From: Dehalococcoidia bacterium
GTDB lineage: Bacteria > Chloroflexota > Dehalococcoidia > UBA2979
Direction of reading: 5' to 3'
DNA length: 64,000 nucleotides
Assembly (NCBI GenBank): GCA_964291495.2
Contig: OZ219871.1
Coordinates: 288,001-352,000, forward strand
In this document: one piece after another, positions 36,837 through 46,999 of the stretch
Layout of the letters: each line of letters begins with the position of its first letter
Position numbering within the stretch: the stretch's first letter is position 1
Translations under genes and position numbers: made by a program
The notes under the pieces: generated by a model
The model's database searches: none
Told to the model about the DNA's origin: nothing
What the model saw: the letters and a program-made list of their open reading frames with translations, nothing else

Positions 36837-37280
36837 CTACTGTAGCCGCCCCGAGGCCCTGAGCCGCTCGACGAGCCTCGCGCGCGCGACATCGTGCTCC
36901 TGCTCGCGGCGCTCCTGCGCGGAGACCACGACGGCAACCGCGAAGTCGGCGAGGTGGCTGAGCGAGATGTCGATCGCGTGCAGCCCAATCGCTTCCGCGC
37001 GCGCCTCGGCGCCTCCGTAGAGGTAGACGAGCGGCTTGCCGCGCCGGTCCGGGAGCACCTCGATGTCGCGCCAGGCGACTGAGCGCGCGCCCGTGCCGAG
37101 CGCCTTCATCACCGCCTCCTTCGCCGCGAAGCGGGCTGCCAGCTCCGGCACGCGGCCCCGGCAGAACGCAACTTCCTCGGGCGTGTAGACGCGATCGAGG
37201 AAGCGGCGAGGGTGACGCTGCAGAACGCGCGCGACGCGGCTAATCTCGATCATGTCGACGCCGACGGCGTGCGTACTCAC
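36837..37280 (-). CDS. acpS: Holo-ACP synthase
   Basis: VGVDMIEISR, RFAAKEAVMKALGTG, ISLSH. GTG start at 37280. Confidence 0.94.
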   Translation of the reverse strand: MSTHAVGVDMIEISRVARVLQRHPRRFLDRVYTPEEVAFCRGRVPELAARFAAKEAVMKALGTGARSVAWRDIEVLPDRRGKPLVYLYGGAEARAEAIGLHAIDISLSHLADFAVAVVVSAQERREQEHDVARARLVERLRASGRLQ

Positions 37281-37337
37281 GGCGCGCGATTCTAGCACGC
37301 GAGGGCCGCTATACTCTCAGCCCGTGAGGGTGCATCC

Positions 37338-38216
37338 ATGACCGCCGAGCGAATCGACGGCGCCGCAATCGCCGCGGCGATCCGCGGCGAGGTCGCCGAC
37401 CGCGTGCGCGCGCACGTCGCCGGCGGCGGCGCGACGCCGCAACTGACCGCCGTCCTCGTCGGCGACGACCCCGCCTCGGCCACCTACGTCCGCAACAAGG
37501 CGCGCGCCTGCGAGGAGGTCGGCCTCGAGGCGCAGACGCTCACCCCGCCCGCCGACATCTCCCAGGACGAGCTGCTGGAGATCGTGCGCGGGCTCAACGC
37601 CGACCCCGTGGTTTCGGGCGTCCTTGTGCAACTCCCGCTCCCGCCGCAGCTCGACGAGCGAGTGATCACCGAGGCCGTCGACCCCGCGAAGGACGTGGAC
37701 GGGCTGCACCCGGTCAACCTCGGGCGGCTCGTGCAGGGCGAGCCGCACCTGGTGCCCGCGACACCGGCGGGCGTGCAGCAGCTGCTGCTGCGCACGGGCG
37801 TGGACCCGGCGGGCAAGCGCGTCGTCGTCGTCGGCCGCTCGACGCTGGTCGGCAAGCCGCTGGCGCTGCTGCTCGGGCAGAAGGCGGAGGGTGCGAACGC
37901 GACGGTCACGCTGGCGCACACCGGCACGAGCGACCTCGGCGCCGTCACCCGCGAGGCCGAGATCCTGGTCGTCGCGGCGGGCTGGCCCAACACCGTGACG
38001 GCGGAGATGGTGCGGCCGGGCGCGGTCGTCATCGACGTCGGCACGAACCGCGTCGACGACGCCACGCGCAAGCGTGGCTGGCGCCTCGCCGGCGACGTTG
38101 ACTTCGCGGGCGTCTCGGAAGTGGCGGCGGCGATCACGCCGGTCCCCGGCGGCGTCGGCCCGATGACCATCGCGATGCTGCTCGTCAACACGCTGCGGGC
38201 CGCGGGGGTGGCGTAG
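37338..38216 (+). CDS. folD: Methylenetetrahydrofolate dehydrogenase/cyclohydrolase
   Basis: YVRNK, VQLPLP, KDVDGLHP, GRSTLVGKP, TPVPGGVGPMT. Confidence 0.96.
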   Translation: MTAERIDGAAIAAAIRGEVADRVRAHVAGGGATPQLTAVLVGDDPASATYVRNKARACEEVGLEAQTLTPPADISQDELLEIVRGLNADPVVSGVLVQLPLPPQLDERVITEAVDPAKDVDGLHPVNLGRLVQGEPHLVPATPAGVQQLLLRTGVDPAGKRVVVVGRSTLVGKPLALLLGQKAEGANATVTLAHTGTSDLGAVTREAEILVVAAGWPNTVTAEMVRPGAVVIDVGTNRVDDATRKRGWRLAGDVDFAGVSEVAAAITPVPGGVGPMTIAMLLVNTLRAAGVA

Positions 38217-38249
38217 GGCCTACACTGGGGTGGTGTCGGGAGGTCCGTC

Positions 38250-39104
38250 GTGGGCGCCTTCGATGCCGCTCCCCACGTGTTCTCGTTCCTCAATGGCGTC
38301 GGACCCGACAGCCCAAGCGAGTACTGGATCGTATTTCAGTCGCTCGGCGCGATCGCTCTCGCAATACTGCTTCCGCTGCACTTCGCGCTGACACTCCCTG
38401 TGGTCGCACTCAGCAAGAGACTCCTGGGACGACATCAGAAGCTGGCCTGGACGCCGCTGGCGAACGCGCGCCTGCTCGCCGGGCTGGCGCGAAACCGCAC
38501 CGAGTTCAGCAGCAGTTGGAGTTCCTCGCTGCTGCTTGTCCTCTCTGGCCTGCTGATGGTCTGCCTCGCCCTGATTGCGATCGCGTGGGCGTTCATCATC
38601 AATCCAGGCGGCACTTCGCAGCTTTCTCTTCACTACGCGCTAGCTACGGCGCTGGGGCTCATATTCGCGCCCGCCGTCCTGGTGAACATCCATGGATGTG
38701 TCGTGCTTGGCCTGAGCCGCGTTTGGCCGTTCGCCCACCGCGGCGCGTCTGGTCAGGACCTGCTCACCGGAAGCGAAGGGGTCTCAACGTTGGCGTTCGC
38801 TCTCGCGCTCATCATCGCCATCCAACTGGCTTCCGGGATTCTCTTCCTGATGTATCTCCAGTACGAGAATCTCATCGTGTTCGTGTTCCTGTTTCCACTG
38901 GGGGTTGCAGGCCTGGTATTCCTTGCGGGGTTCGCCTGGCTGTTCGCGCTCGGGTGGACGTGGATGGCGCTGGCGCGCTCGACCGGCCAACCCGAGTGGC
39001 TCGGATGGTTGGCTGCAATCCCGCTCGTCGGTGTGATTCCGCAGTGGGCGATCGCGCAGGGAGCGCCGCAGCGCGCTCCTCCGAGCCGCGACCTCACCTC
39101 CTGA
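38250..39104 (+). CDS. Hypothetical multi-pass membrane protein
   Basis: GGGAGG RBS, 6-7 hydrophobic segments, atypical codon usage. Confidence 0.65.
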   Translation: MGAFDAAPHVFSFLNGVGPDSPSEYWIVFQSLGAIALAILLPLHFALTLPVVALSKRLLGRHQKLAWTPLANARLLAGLARNRTEFSSSWSSSLLLVLSGLLMVCLALIAIAWAFIINPGGTSQLSLHYALATALGLIFAPAVLVNIHGCVVLGLSRVWPFAHRGASGQDLLTGSEGVSTLAFALALIIAIQLASGILFLMYLQYENLIVFVFLFPLGVAGLVFLAGFAWLFALGWTWMALARSTGQPEWLGWLAAIPLVGVIPQWAIAQGAPQRAPPSRDLTS

Positions 39105-39143
39105 CCCTTCGCGCTCTGCGCCCGCGCGTGCGAAGATCGAGGC

Positions 39144-40272
39144 ATGGACGACCTGAGGCAGCGCCTGGCCGAACTCCTCGAGCGCGTGCGGGATGTGCAG
39201 GTGCGCCTTTGACCTGCCCGCTCGCGAGCGCGAGCTGACCGAGGCTCGCACGCAGGCCGCCGCCCCCGACCTCTGGGACGACTCCGAACGCGCACAGGCG
39301 CTGATGAAGCGCGTCGCCCGCCTCGAACGGCAGGTCGAGACCTGGCGCTCGCTCGAACGGCGCTCCGCGGACCTCGCCGACCTCGTGGAGCTCGCCGACG
39401 AGACCGAGGGCGAGGACCACGACGCGCTCGGGCGCGACATCGAGGAGGAGCTGGGCGGGCTCGAGGCGCAGTTCGAGGAGTTGGAGGTCGCGCTCACCCT
39501 CGGCGGGCCCTACGACGACCACAGCGCCGTGCTGGCGATCCACGCCGGGGCCGGCGGCACCGAGGCGCAGGACTGGGTGGAGATGCTGCTGCGCATGTAC
39601 CTGCGCTGGGCAGAGCGCCACGCGTACCAGACGCAGGTGATGTCGATCTCCTCCGGCGACGAGGCCGGCATCAAGTCCGTCTCGATCCGCGTCGGCGGCG
39701 ACGACGCCTACGGGCTGCTGCGCTCCGAGCGCGGCGTGCACCGGCTGGTGCGCATCTCGCCCTTCGACGCCTCGAACTCGCGCCACACCAGCTTCGCCCT
39801 CGTCGAGGTGATGCCGGAGGCGCAGGACGAGGACATCGAGATCGAGATCCGGCCCGAGGAGCTGCGCGTCGACACCTACCGCGCGAGCGGCCACGGCGGC
39901 CAGAACGTGCAGAAGAACGACACCGCCGTGCGGCTCACACACCTGCCGACTGGTATCGTGGTGACCTGTCAGAACGAGCGCTCCCAGCTGCGTAACCGCG
40001 AGGCCGCCATGCAGGTGCTGCGTTCCCGTCTACTCGAGATCGAGTTGGAGAAGCGCGAGGCGGAACTCGCCCGCCTCAAAGGCGATCACGTGCAGCCCGG
40101 CTGGGGCAACCAGATCCGCTCCTACGTCCTGCACCCCTACCGCATGGCCAAGGACCTCCGCACCAACCTCGAGACCAGCGACACCAACGCCGTCCTCGAC
40201 GGCGAGATCGATGGCTTCATCCACGCCTGGCTGCGCGAGCAGGTGGGCGTCGCCGAGCCCGGAGGAAACTGA
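39144..40272 (+). CDS. prfB: Peptide chain release factor 2 (programmed +1 frameshift)
   Basis: ATG 39144, 22 codons to CTT-TGA-C (39207-39213) with AGGTG just upstream. The downstream frame has SPF, GHGGQNV and WGNQIRSYV. Confidence 0.96.
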
Positions 40273-41699
40273 TGTCGCCCGCGCGATTGCTGCAGGCCGT
40301 GCGGAACTGCTCGCTGCTCGCGGCGCTCGCGCTCGGCCTCGCGCTCGCCTGGCCAGCCATCGCGGACGCGGACGGCATCGAGGTGTCCGAGCTGCGCGTG
40401 CGCAGCCCCGATCCAACCGAGATCACGTTCAGCGCCCGCGTCGCCGCGCCGGACGGACTGCAGGAGGCGGAGCTCGTCTACCGCGTGCTGAACCCCAAGG
40501 AGGGCGATGTCGGCGGGAGCGTGGTCCGCGAGGACTTCGCGCCCGGCAGGGAGTTCGACGTCTCGGTCACCCTCGAGACGCGGACCAGCCAGCGCTACAT
40601 CCCGATCGGCTCGCAGTTCCGCTACCACTGGCACCTCACCGGCCCCGACGGATCCAGCGTTGTGACCGAGGAGCAGAGCTATCTCTTCCTCGACGGCCGC
40701 TACCCCTGGGTCTCCGTCCGGGAGGGCGACGTGACGGTCTACTACTACGGCACGGCCCACGAGCGCGCCGAGCGCGTGGCGCAAGCAGCCCGCTCCGCCA
40801 TCGAGGACACCGAGAACCTGCTGCAGGTGAAGGTCCCCTTCCCCGTGCGTGTGATGGTCTGGGCCTCGGAGGAGGACGGCGAGCTGGCGATGCGGTCGCG
40901 CGGCCTGGTCTTCGACGAGCTCGTGCGCACCGGCGGCCAGCGGGTCGGGTCCGATCTGCTGTTCGTGTTCTCGGCGACGATGGACGTCGTGCGCCACGAG
41001 GCGGCGCACATCGTCACCTCGGTCGCGGGCGACGGCCCCTTCACCAGCATCCCCTCGTGGCTGGACGAGGGCACGGCGGTCTACATGCAGAACTCGCAGC
41101 TGGGGTACGACGACGCCATCGCCTTCGCGATCGCGGCGGACCGCACGATCCGGCTGCGCAACATGGAGTCGTCCTCGAACAACCCCAACGAGGTCAACCT
41201 CTTCTACGGCCAGTCCTGGTCGGTGGTCGACTACATGCTCGCGGAGTTCGGCGAGCAACGATTCGCCGAGCTGTACCGCGTGATCCGCGAGGGCGCGACC
41301 ACCGACAGCGGCCTGCAACAGATCTACGGCGTCGACCAGGACGGGCTCTACAACCTCTGGCGCACCGCCAAGGGCCTCGACGCGATCGACTACGCGCCGC
41401 GCATCGAGGCCACCGCCGCCCCGGTCGCCGAGGCGACCCGCGCGCCCCTCGCGATCCCCACCTCGATCGGATCGAGCGGCAGCTCCGGCGACCGCGAGGA
41501 GGCGGCTCCGACCGCGACCCCCGAGTCGGCGGCCCCCGCGGCGACAGCCGCAGCCGAGCCCGAACCGGAGGCTGCGGCGGCGAGCGAGGACGGCGGCGGC
41601 TCGAACACCGTCATCGCCATCGTGATCGCCCTCGTCACGCTGCTGCTGGGTGGCGGGCTCGGCGGCGCCGCCTTCTACATCGCGCGGCGGCCCGGGTAA
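40272..41699 (+). CDS. Secreted, membrane-anchored peptidase MA family metallohydrolase
   Basis: Signal peptide, RHEAAH (HExxH), PSWLDEGTA, FYGQS, Ala/Pro linker and C-terminal TM. Confidence 0.85.
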   Translation: MSPARLLQAVRNCSLLAALALGLALAWPAIADADGIEVSELRVRSPDPTEITFSARVAAPDGLQEAELVYRVLNPKEGDVGGSVVREDFAPGREFDVSVTLETRTSQRYIPIGSQFRYHWHLTGPDGSSVVTEEQSYLFLDGRYPWVSVREGDVTVYYYGTAHERAERVAQAARSAIEDTENLLQVKVPFPVRVMVWASEEDGELAMRSRGLVFDELVRTGGQRVGSDLLFVFSATMDVVRHEAAHIVTSVAGDGPFTSIPSWLDEGTAVYMQNSQLGYDDAIAFAIAADRTIRLRNMESSSNNPNEVNLFYGQSWSVVDYMLAEFGEQRFAELYRVIREGATTDSGLQQIYGVDQDGLYNLWRTAKGLDAIDYAPRIEATAAPVAEATRAPLAIPTSIGSSGSSGDREEAAPTATPESAAPAATAAAEPEPEAAAASEDGGGSNTVIAIVIALVTLLLGGGLGGAAFYIARRPG

Positions 41700-41705
41700 G
41701 GCAGG

Positions 41706-42539
41706 CTAGCGGCCGGGGATGATCAGGCCGCCCGGCGTGGTGGGCGGCTGGCCGGGTGCGGCCTCGCCCTGCATCTCGCGCGCGACGTACTCCTGCGCCT
41801 GCTCGACGTCCATGTAGGGCGAGACGAGGATGCGCTCCCGGACCACCGGCTCGTCGTTGCCCTCGACGATCCGCTTGAGCTGCTCCAGCAGGTCGGGCTC
41901 GTCCCAGGCGCCCGGGAAGCGGCGGCCGTTGACGATCAGCAATGGCAGCTCGGTCACCATCCGCGCCTGCGCCAGGCGCGGGAACTCGGACACCTCGATC
42001 GCCTCGAGGCGGATCCGGCGCCCCTCGACCGCGAAGGCCGAGGCGACGCGCAGCGTGTACGCCGAGTACGGGTCGTAGGGCGCGATCAGCAGCTCGAGCT
42101 TGAGCTCGTCCTCGATCTCGTGCAGCGCCTCGCGGGTCTCGGGCTGGATCGGGGCGACGCCTGCGCCGACGTAGATCAGCGCGTCCATGAAGGCGGAGAA
42201 GAGCAGCCCGGACCAGAGCCCGACCATGCGCACCTCGCGGCCGTTGCGCCCTCGCAGGACCGTCACCGGCGGACGCTCGATGCCGGCCTCGGCGGCGCGG
42301 TCGGCGTGCCTGTCGATGTCGTAGGGGGTGATCGAGATCAGCGGGTGCAGCGCGGCGAGCTGCCGCGCGGCGCTGGCGACCGGCTCGCAGAACATGCAGG
42401 GGTCGCGATCGGTGCGGACGAGCGTGGACTCACGCTGCGTCCAGGTCTCCAGCGCGACAGGTCCCGCGAGGCGTTGCGAGAGGTAGTTCGCGATCGCGGG
42501 CCGTTGTTCGCGCGGAATGACCGGTTCGCTGCTTACCAC
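41706..42539 (-). CDS. Two-domain thioredoxin-fold protein (PDO / AhpF-N-like)
   Basis: CMFC in domain 1; the second site is degenerate (PYDPYS); EVSEFPRLA. Confidence 0.75.
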   Translation of the reverse strand: MVSSEPVIPREQRPAIANYLSQRLAGPVALETWTQRESTLVRTDRDPCMFCEPVASAARQLAALHPLISITPYDIDRHADRAAEAGIERPPVTVLRGRNGREVRMVGLWSGLLFSAFMDALIYVGAGVAPIQPETREALHEIEDELKLELLIAPYDPYSAYTLRVASAFAVEGRRIRLEAIEVSEFPRLAQARMVTELPLLIVNGRRFPGAWDEPDLLEQLKRIVEGNDEPVVRERILVSPYMDVEQAQEYVAREMQGEAAPGQPPTTPGGLIIPGR

Positions 42540-42540
42540 C

Positions 42541-43152
42541 TCAATCGCCGCCTTCCACAGACTGCCCGCGCCGCAGCGCGCCGATTGCGATCACCAGTCG
42601 TTGCAGCGCCGTCAGCACAGTGGCGACCGCGAGGATCCACAGCGCCAGGCGCAGCCAGCCCGTCATCAACCCCAGCGCCAGCAGCACCACGCGCTCCGGC
42701 CGCGTCGCCAGCCCCTCGGCCACCTCGGAGCCGAGCTCGCCGGCGCGCGTGCGCACGTAGGAGACGAGGAAGGAGCCGGCGAACGCGACGAAGACGAGCG
42801 CCGCCCCCTCGTCGTTGCCGCGCTCGAGCTGGTGCAGCAGCACCCCGAACAGCACGACCGCCTCGGAGGCGCGGTCGAGCGTGGAGTCGAGCAGCGCGCC
42901 GACCGGGCCGGCGCGCCCCGTCGCGCGCGCCAGCGCCCCGTCGAACAGGTCGAGGGCGCCGGCGACCAGCAGCACGATGCCGCCGATCAGCAACTCGCCG
43001 CTCGCGATCAGCGCAGCTGCGGCGACTGCGCCGAGGAAGCCTACGACGGTGATCACGTTCGGCGTGATGCGCAGCGCGATCAGCACGCGCACGATCGGGT
43101 CGAGGATCACGGCCGGAACGCGCGAGGGCAGGAGGCGCGGGATCATCGTCAT
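42541..43152 (-). CDS. CDP-alcohol phosphatidyltransferase (PIP synthase-like)
   Basis: ITPNVIT, DLFDGALAR...GALLDSTLDR signature, VSYVRTRA, RPER. Confidence 0.9.
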   Translation of the reverse strand: MTMIPRLLPSRVPAVILDPIVRVLIALRITPNVITVVGFLGAVAAAALIASGELLIGGIVLLVAGALDLFDGALARATGRAGPVGALLDSTLDRASEAVVLFGVLLHQLERGNDEGAALVFVAFAGSFLVSYVRTRAGELGSEVAEGLATRPERVVLLALGLMTGWLRLALWILAVATVLTALQRLVIAIGALRRGQSVEGGD

Positions 43153-43197
43153 CGCCGCGCGCTCCTTGCCGGCATCGCGGTCACTGCGGACCGGCGC

Positions 43198-44373
43198 CTA
43201 GTCGAAACGCCGCGCGGCGGCCTGCACCGCGCGGTTGTGGGTGGCGCGATCGTAACGCAGTCGCTCGTAGTAGGAGAGCACCCGGCGCGTCACGCGCGGC
43301 CAGGAGTAGGTCTCGACGCGCTGGCGGCCGGCCCGCACCAGCTCCTCGCGCAGCTCGCGGTCGCGCACCAGCCTCGTCAGCGCGTCCGCGAGCGCCATCG
43401 GATCCTTCGGCCGCACGAGCAGGCCCTCGACCTCGTCCGTGACGACCGAGGCGTAGCCGTCGATGTTCGAGGCGACGACCGGCACGCCCGAGGAGAGCGC
43501 CTCCAGCAGCACGTAGCCCTGCGACTCGTGGCCCGTCGCCGGCGAGCAGAAGACGTGGGCGCTGCGGTAGTAGCGCGGCAGATCCTCGTCGGACACGTCG
43601 TCGACGAAGAGGATGCCGCGGCGGCCCGTTCGCTCCATCGAGGCGCGGTAGCGGCGCTTCCCTCGCGAGTCCGGCCCGACGACGATGAGGCGGGTGGCCG
43701 GGTCGCGCGCGTTGACGATGCCGAAGGCGCGCAGCAGGTGCGCGAGTCCCTTGCGCTTCTCGGCGCGGCCGACGTAGAGGATGTTGACCAGTCCGTCGTC
43801 GAGGCCGGGCATCGGCTCCAGCGTGGGATCGGCGAAGCGGCCCACCTCGATGCCGTTGGGGATGACGTTGTAGAAGCCGGGGAAGTAGCGCCCCACGTAG
43901 CGCCCGGCGGGCGGCGAGACGGTGATCTTGCCGTCCAGCTCGCGGAACCAGCGCTTGAGCAGCCGCCGCCCGTAGGAGTAGAGGCGATTGCCGCCGTCCT
44001 TCGTCGCGTGGAAGGTGCCGACGTTGACGACGTCCGGGTTCGCCGCACGCGAGTTGCGCAGCACCTGGATCGGCAGCGTCGGCATCAGCGGCTCGTGCAC
44101 GTGGACCACGTCGCACGCCTCTTCCTCGAGGACGCCGCGCACGCGCCGCCCCAGCCGGGGCGAGAGCGCGATGCGCGCCATCGAGCCCGAGGCGGGCACG
44201 GGCGTTGGCCGGCCGATCACGCGCACGCGCGGGTCGTCCACCTCGTCGCTGGCCGGGGCGAGGATGATCGGCTCGTGGCCGTAGTCCTCGAAGCGCGCCG
44301 AGAGCTGCTCGATGTGCTTGTTGACGCCGCCGGGGGTGACCCAGTCGTAGGGGGAGACGAGCGCTATCTTCAT
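43198..44373 (-). CDS. GT4 glycosyltransferase, PimA-like
   Basis: MKIALVSPYD..PGGV, DVVHVHEP, GTFH, RKG, ESQGYVLLEA. Confidence 0.88.
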   Translation of the reverse strand: MKIALVSPYDWVTPGGVNKHIEQLSARFEDYGHEPIILAPASDEVDDPRVRVIGRPTPVPASGSMARIALSPRLGRRVRGVLEEEACDVVHVHEPLMPTLPIQVLRNSRAANPDVVNVGTFHATKDGGNRLYSYGRRLLKRWFRELDGKITVSPPAGRYVGRYFPGFYNVIPNGIEVGRFADPTLEPMPGLDDGLVNILYVGRAEKRKGLAHLLRAFGIVNARDPATRLIVVGPDSRGKRRYRASMERTGRRGILFVDDVSDEDLPRYYRSAHVFCSPATGHESQGYVLLEALSSGVPVVASNIDGYASVVTDEVEGLLVRPKDPMALADALTRLVRDRELREELVRAGRQRVETYSWPRVTRRVLSYYERLRYDRATHNRAVQAAARRFD

Positions 44374-45149
44374 CGCCGCGCCACCTCCCGCAGCCGGCGC
44401 CAGCGCTCGCCGACGACCTTGCGTGGCGTGACCGCGAGCCCGCGCACCTGCTGCTCCGCCAATCGCCGCACGCCGAGCGCGCGCAGTCCCGGCGCGCCGT
44501 GGGTGACCCCGGAGCAGCGCCGCTGCTCGATCGCGCGCCGCAGGTCCGTGGCCGTCCGGCCCTCGAACTGAGTCGTCGCGCTGCCGACGTGCTCCAGGAA
44601 GTGTGCGTCGCTGCCGCCGGTCTCGGCGAGGCCGTAGCGCTCGGCGTTGAGCCGCCGCGCCTTCGCGCCCGTCACGCGACCGGCGAGGGTCGGATTCGCG
44701 ACCTCGATGCCGTCCGGGTGAACGGCGGGGTCCTCGATGGCGAGCACCCGCTCCAGCGCGCGCTGCCCGATCGAGCGCGTCAGCCACGAGAACGGGTGCG
44801 GCGCGACGGCCAGCCCGCCCGCGCGATGCACCGCGGCCACGGACTCCTCGAGCGGCCGCAGCGTCGGCAGCGGCTCGTCGATCCAGAGCGCGAGCAGGTG
44901 GCCGGAGCGGGTGGTCAGCTCGATGCCCGGCACGAACTCGAAGCGGTAGTTGCCCTGCGCGTGCAGCTCGCGCGCGAGCAGCGCGCCCTCGACATCGTCG
45001 TGGTCCGTGACCGCGAGGACGTCGAGATCGGTGTACTGCTCGACGTGGTCGAGCAGCGCGCGCGCATCCGCCATGCCGTCGCCGTGCGCCGTGTGGATCT
45101 GGAGATCGGCCTGGCCGAAGCGGGTGACCGAGGGGGTGTCGTCGGTCAT
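44370..45149 (-). CDS. PHP-domain phosphoesterase
   Basis: DLQIHT, VTDHD, GIEL...GHL, PHP, GGSDAH. Start ATG 45149. Confidence 0.88.
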   Translation of the reverse strand: MTDDTPSVTRFGQADLQIHTAHGDGMADARALLDHVEQYTDLDVLAVTDHDDVEGALLARELHAQGNYRFEFVPGIELTTRSGHLLALWIDEPLPTLRPLEESVAAVHRAGGLAVAPHPFSWLTRSIGQRALERVLAIEDPAVHPDGIEVANPTLAGRVTGAKARRLNAERYGLAETGGSDAHFLEHVGSATTQFEGRTATDLRRAIEQRRCSGVTHGAPGLRALGVRRLAEQQVRGLAVTPRKVVGERWRRLREVARR

Positions 45150-45178
45150 GGCGGCATTGTACGCAGATCGCGCGGCGC

Positions 45179-46072
45179 CTACGAGGAGGAGCCCGCGTCC
45201 GGTTCGGACTCGTCCCAGACCGGGTGCAGGGCGAACCACTGGTCCGGCGACTCCCGGATGCCCCGCTCCAGCGCGCGCAGCATCAGGTCCATGCCCGCGG
45301 CCGCGTCCGCCTCGCGGTCCCCGCTGCGCGGCAGCGTGAGCGGCGGATCGATGCTGATGTGCACGCCTCCCCGCTCCGTGTTGCGCACGAAGCCGACGAC
45401 GACCTCGGCGTTGGCGCGCAGCGCCAGCTCGATCGGACCTCGGGGCAGGCGCGCCGGCTCGCCGAAGAACGGCTGAGGCTGACCGCTGCCGAGCACGTCG
45501 CGATCCGCGAGGATGGCGACGGCGCCGCCACGGCGCAGTTGCTCGATCGTCGCGCGCACGCCGCGCATGTCCGCCGGCACGAAGTGCACGCCGGGCGCGG
45601 CTCGCACCTCGTGCACGAGGCGGTGCAGCGCGGGCGGCGAGAGCGGCTCCGTCAGCACCACCACGTCCACGCCCATCGCCCCGACGGTGCGGATCATGTG
45701 CTCCGGGCTGCCGAGGTGCGCGGAGACGAAGACGACCCCGCAGCCGCGGTCGTGCGCGGTGAAGAAGTGCTCGACGCCGTCGATCGCCTCCACACGGTCG
45801 ACCGCGCGCTCCGGCGGGCGGTGCGCCGCCCAGGCGAGGTCGGCCCAGTAGCGGTAGGCGTTGCGCAGGCAGCCGCGGGCGGCGCGGTCGCGCTCGCGCT
45901 CCGTCGCCTCCGGCGCGCAGGCGCGGCGCATGTGCGCCCTCGTGACGGCTCGCAGGCGCGGCGAGGCGTACCAGGCGAGGCCCGCGCCGAGGTCCGCGAT
46001 GAGGTGGAGCGCACGCCGCGGCAGCCGTCCGAAGAGACGCACCCAGCACCAGAGCAGGATGAAGCCAGGCAC
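45179..46072 (-). CDS. Lipid acyltransferase (LpxL/PatA family), copy 2
   Basis: SAHLGSPE, ILADRD, FFG, PDQWF. Confidence 0.85.
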   Translation of the reverse strand: MPGFILLWCWVRLFGRLPRRALHLIADLGAGLAWYASPRLRAVTRAHMRRACAPEATERERDRAARGCLRNAYRYWADLAWAAHRPPERAVDRVEAIDGVEHFFTAHDRGCGVVFVSAHLGSPEHMIRTVGAMGVDVVVLTEPLSPPALHRLVHEVRAAPGVHFVPADMRGVRATIEQLRRGGAVAILADRDVLGSGQPQPFFGEPARLPRGPIELALRANAEVVVGFVRNTERGGVHISIDPPLTLPRSGDREADAAAGMDLMLRALERGIRESPDQWFALHPVWDESEPDAGSSS

Positions 46073-46075
46073 GGG

Positions 46076-46954
46076 CTAGCTCGCCGCCTCCGCCGCTGCG
46101 TCCTCCGGCCAGAGCGAGCGGAAGATGTACCACTGGTCGGGCCGCGCGCGCACCATCTCCTCGAAGACGCGGAACATCGCCTGGGTCAGCGAGCGCACGT
46201 CATGCTCGCGATCGCCGGTGCGCTCGCACTCGATGAGCTGGAAGTCGCCCGTGAACTCGTCGCTCCACGGCCCCAGGCGCGGCACGGTCGCGGCAACAAC
46301 GCTGGCTCCGGTGCGCAGCGCGAGGCGCGCCGCGCCGTCCGGCACCGCGATCGTCCCGCCGAAGAACTCGACCTCGACGCCGCCCTCGGGCTGCGGCACG
46401 TCGGCGAGCACGCCGACGATCTCGTTGTGCCGCAGCGCGCGCACCAGGCGCAGGCTGAGGTGTCCGGCGGGCAGGATCCGCAGCCCGATGCGCCGCCGCG
46501 AGGAGAACACCAGCTCATCGAGCCGCGCCTCGGCGAACGTGTCGGCGATGACCGAGACCGGGTAGCCGCGTTCGGTCATCGCGGCCGCGCCGAGGTCCCA
46601 GTTGCCGAAATGGATGGTGACGAAGAGCACGCCGTTGCCCGCGCGCGCCTCGTCGAGTTGCTGCCACTCGTCGAAGATGACGCGCCGCCGCACCTCAGGG
46701 ACGGAGACGTCCGTGAGGCGCAGGAAGTCGACGATGTACAGGCCGTAGTAGCCGAAGGAGCGGCGCGCCAGCCGTCTCGCGGCCGACTCGTCGCCGCCCG
46801 CGACGCGGCGCATGTTGGCGATGCAGCGCCGCCGGCCGCCGCGCCAGAGGTAGTAGACGCACAGCCCGCCGAGGCGGCCCGCGGCGTAGGAGACTCGCAG
46901 CGGCGCCGCGCGCGCGACCCAGGCGGCGATCCGGAACGCCAGGTAGATAGCCAT
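46076..46954 (-). CDS. Lipid acyltransferase (LpxL/PatA family), copy 1
   Basis: IHFGNWD, LAD, VEFFG, GAARLALRTGA, PDQWY. Confidence 0.88.
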   Translation of the reverse strand: MAIYLAFRIAAWVARAAPLRVSYAAGRLGGLCVYYLWRGGRRRCIANMRRVAGGDESAARRLARRSFGYYGLYIVDFLRLTDVSVPEVRRRVIFDEWQQLDEARAGNGVLFVTIHFGNWDLGAAAMTERGYPVSVIADTFAEARLDELVFSSRRRIGLRILPAGHLSLRLVRALRHNEIVGVLADVPQPEGGVEVEFFGGTIAVPDGAARLALRTGASVVAATVPRLGPWSDEFTGDFQLIECERTGDREHDVRSLTQAMFRVFEEMVRARPDQWYIFRSLWPEDAAAEAAS

Positions 46955-46999
46955 CGGCGCGCAGTCTACGCCGCAGGCCGCGCGCCGGGGCGCTCCTGC

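Noticed and set aside
39207-39213. In-frame stop early in prfB as a pseudogene or sequencing error
   Set aside because: It is the well-known CTT-TGA-C programmed +1 frameshift.
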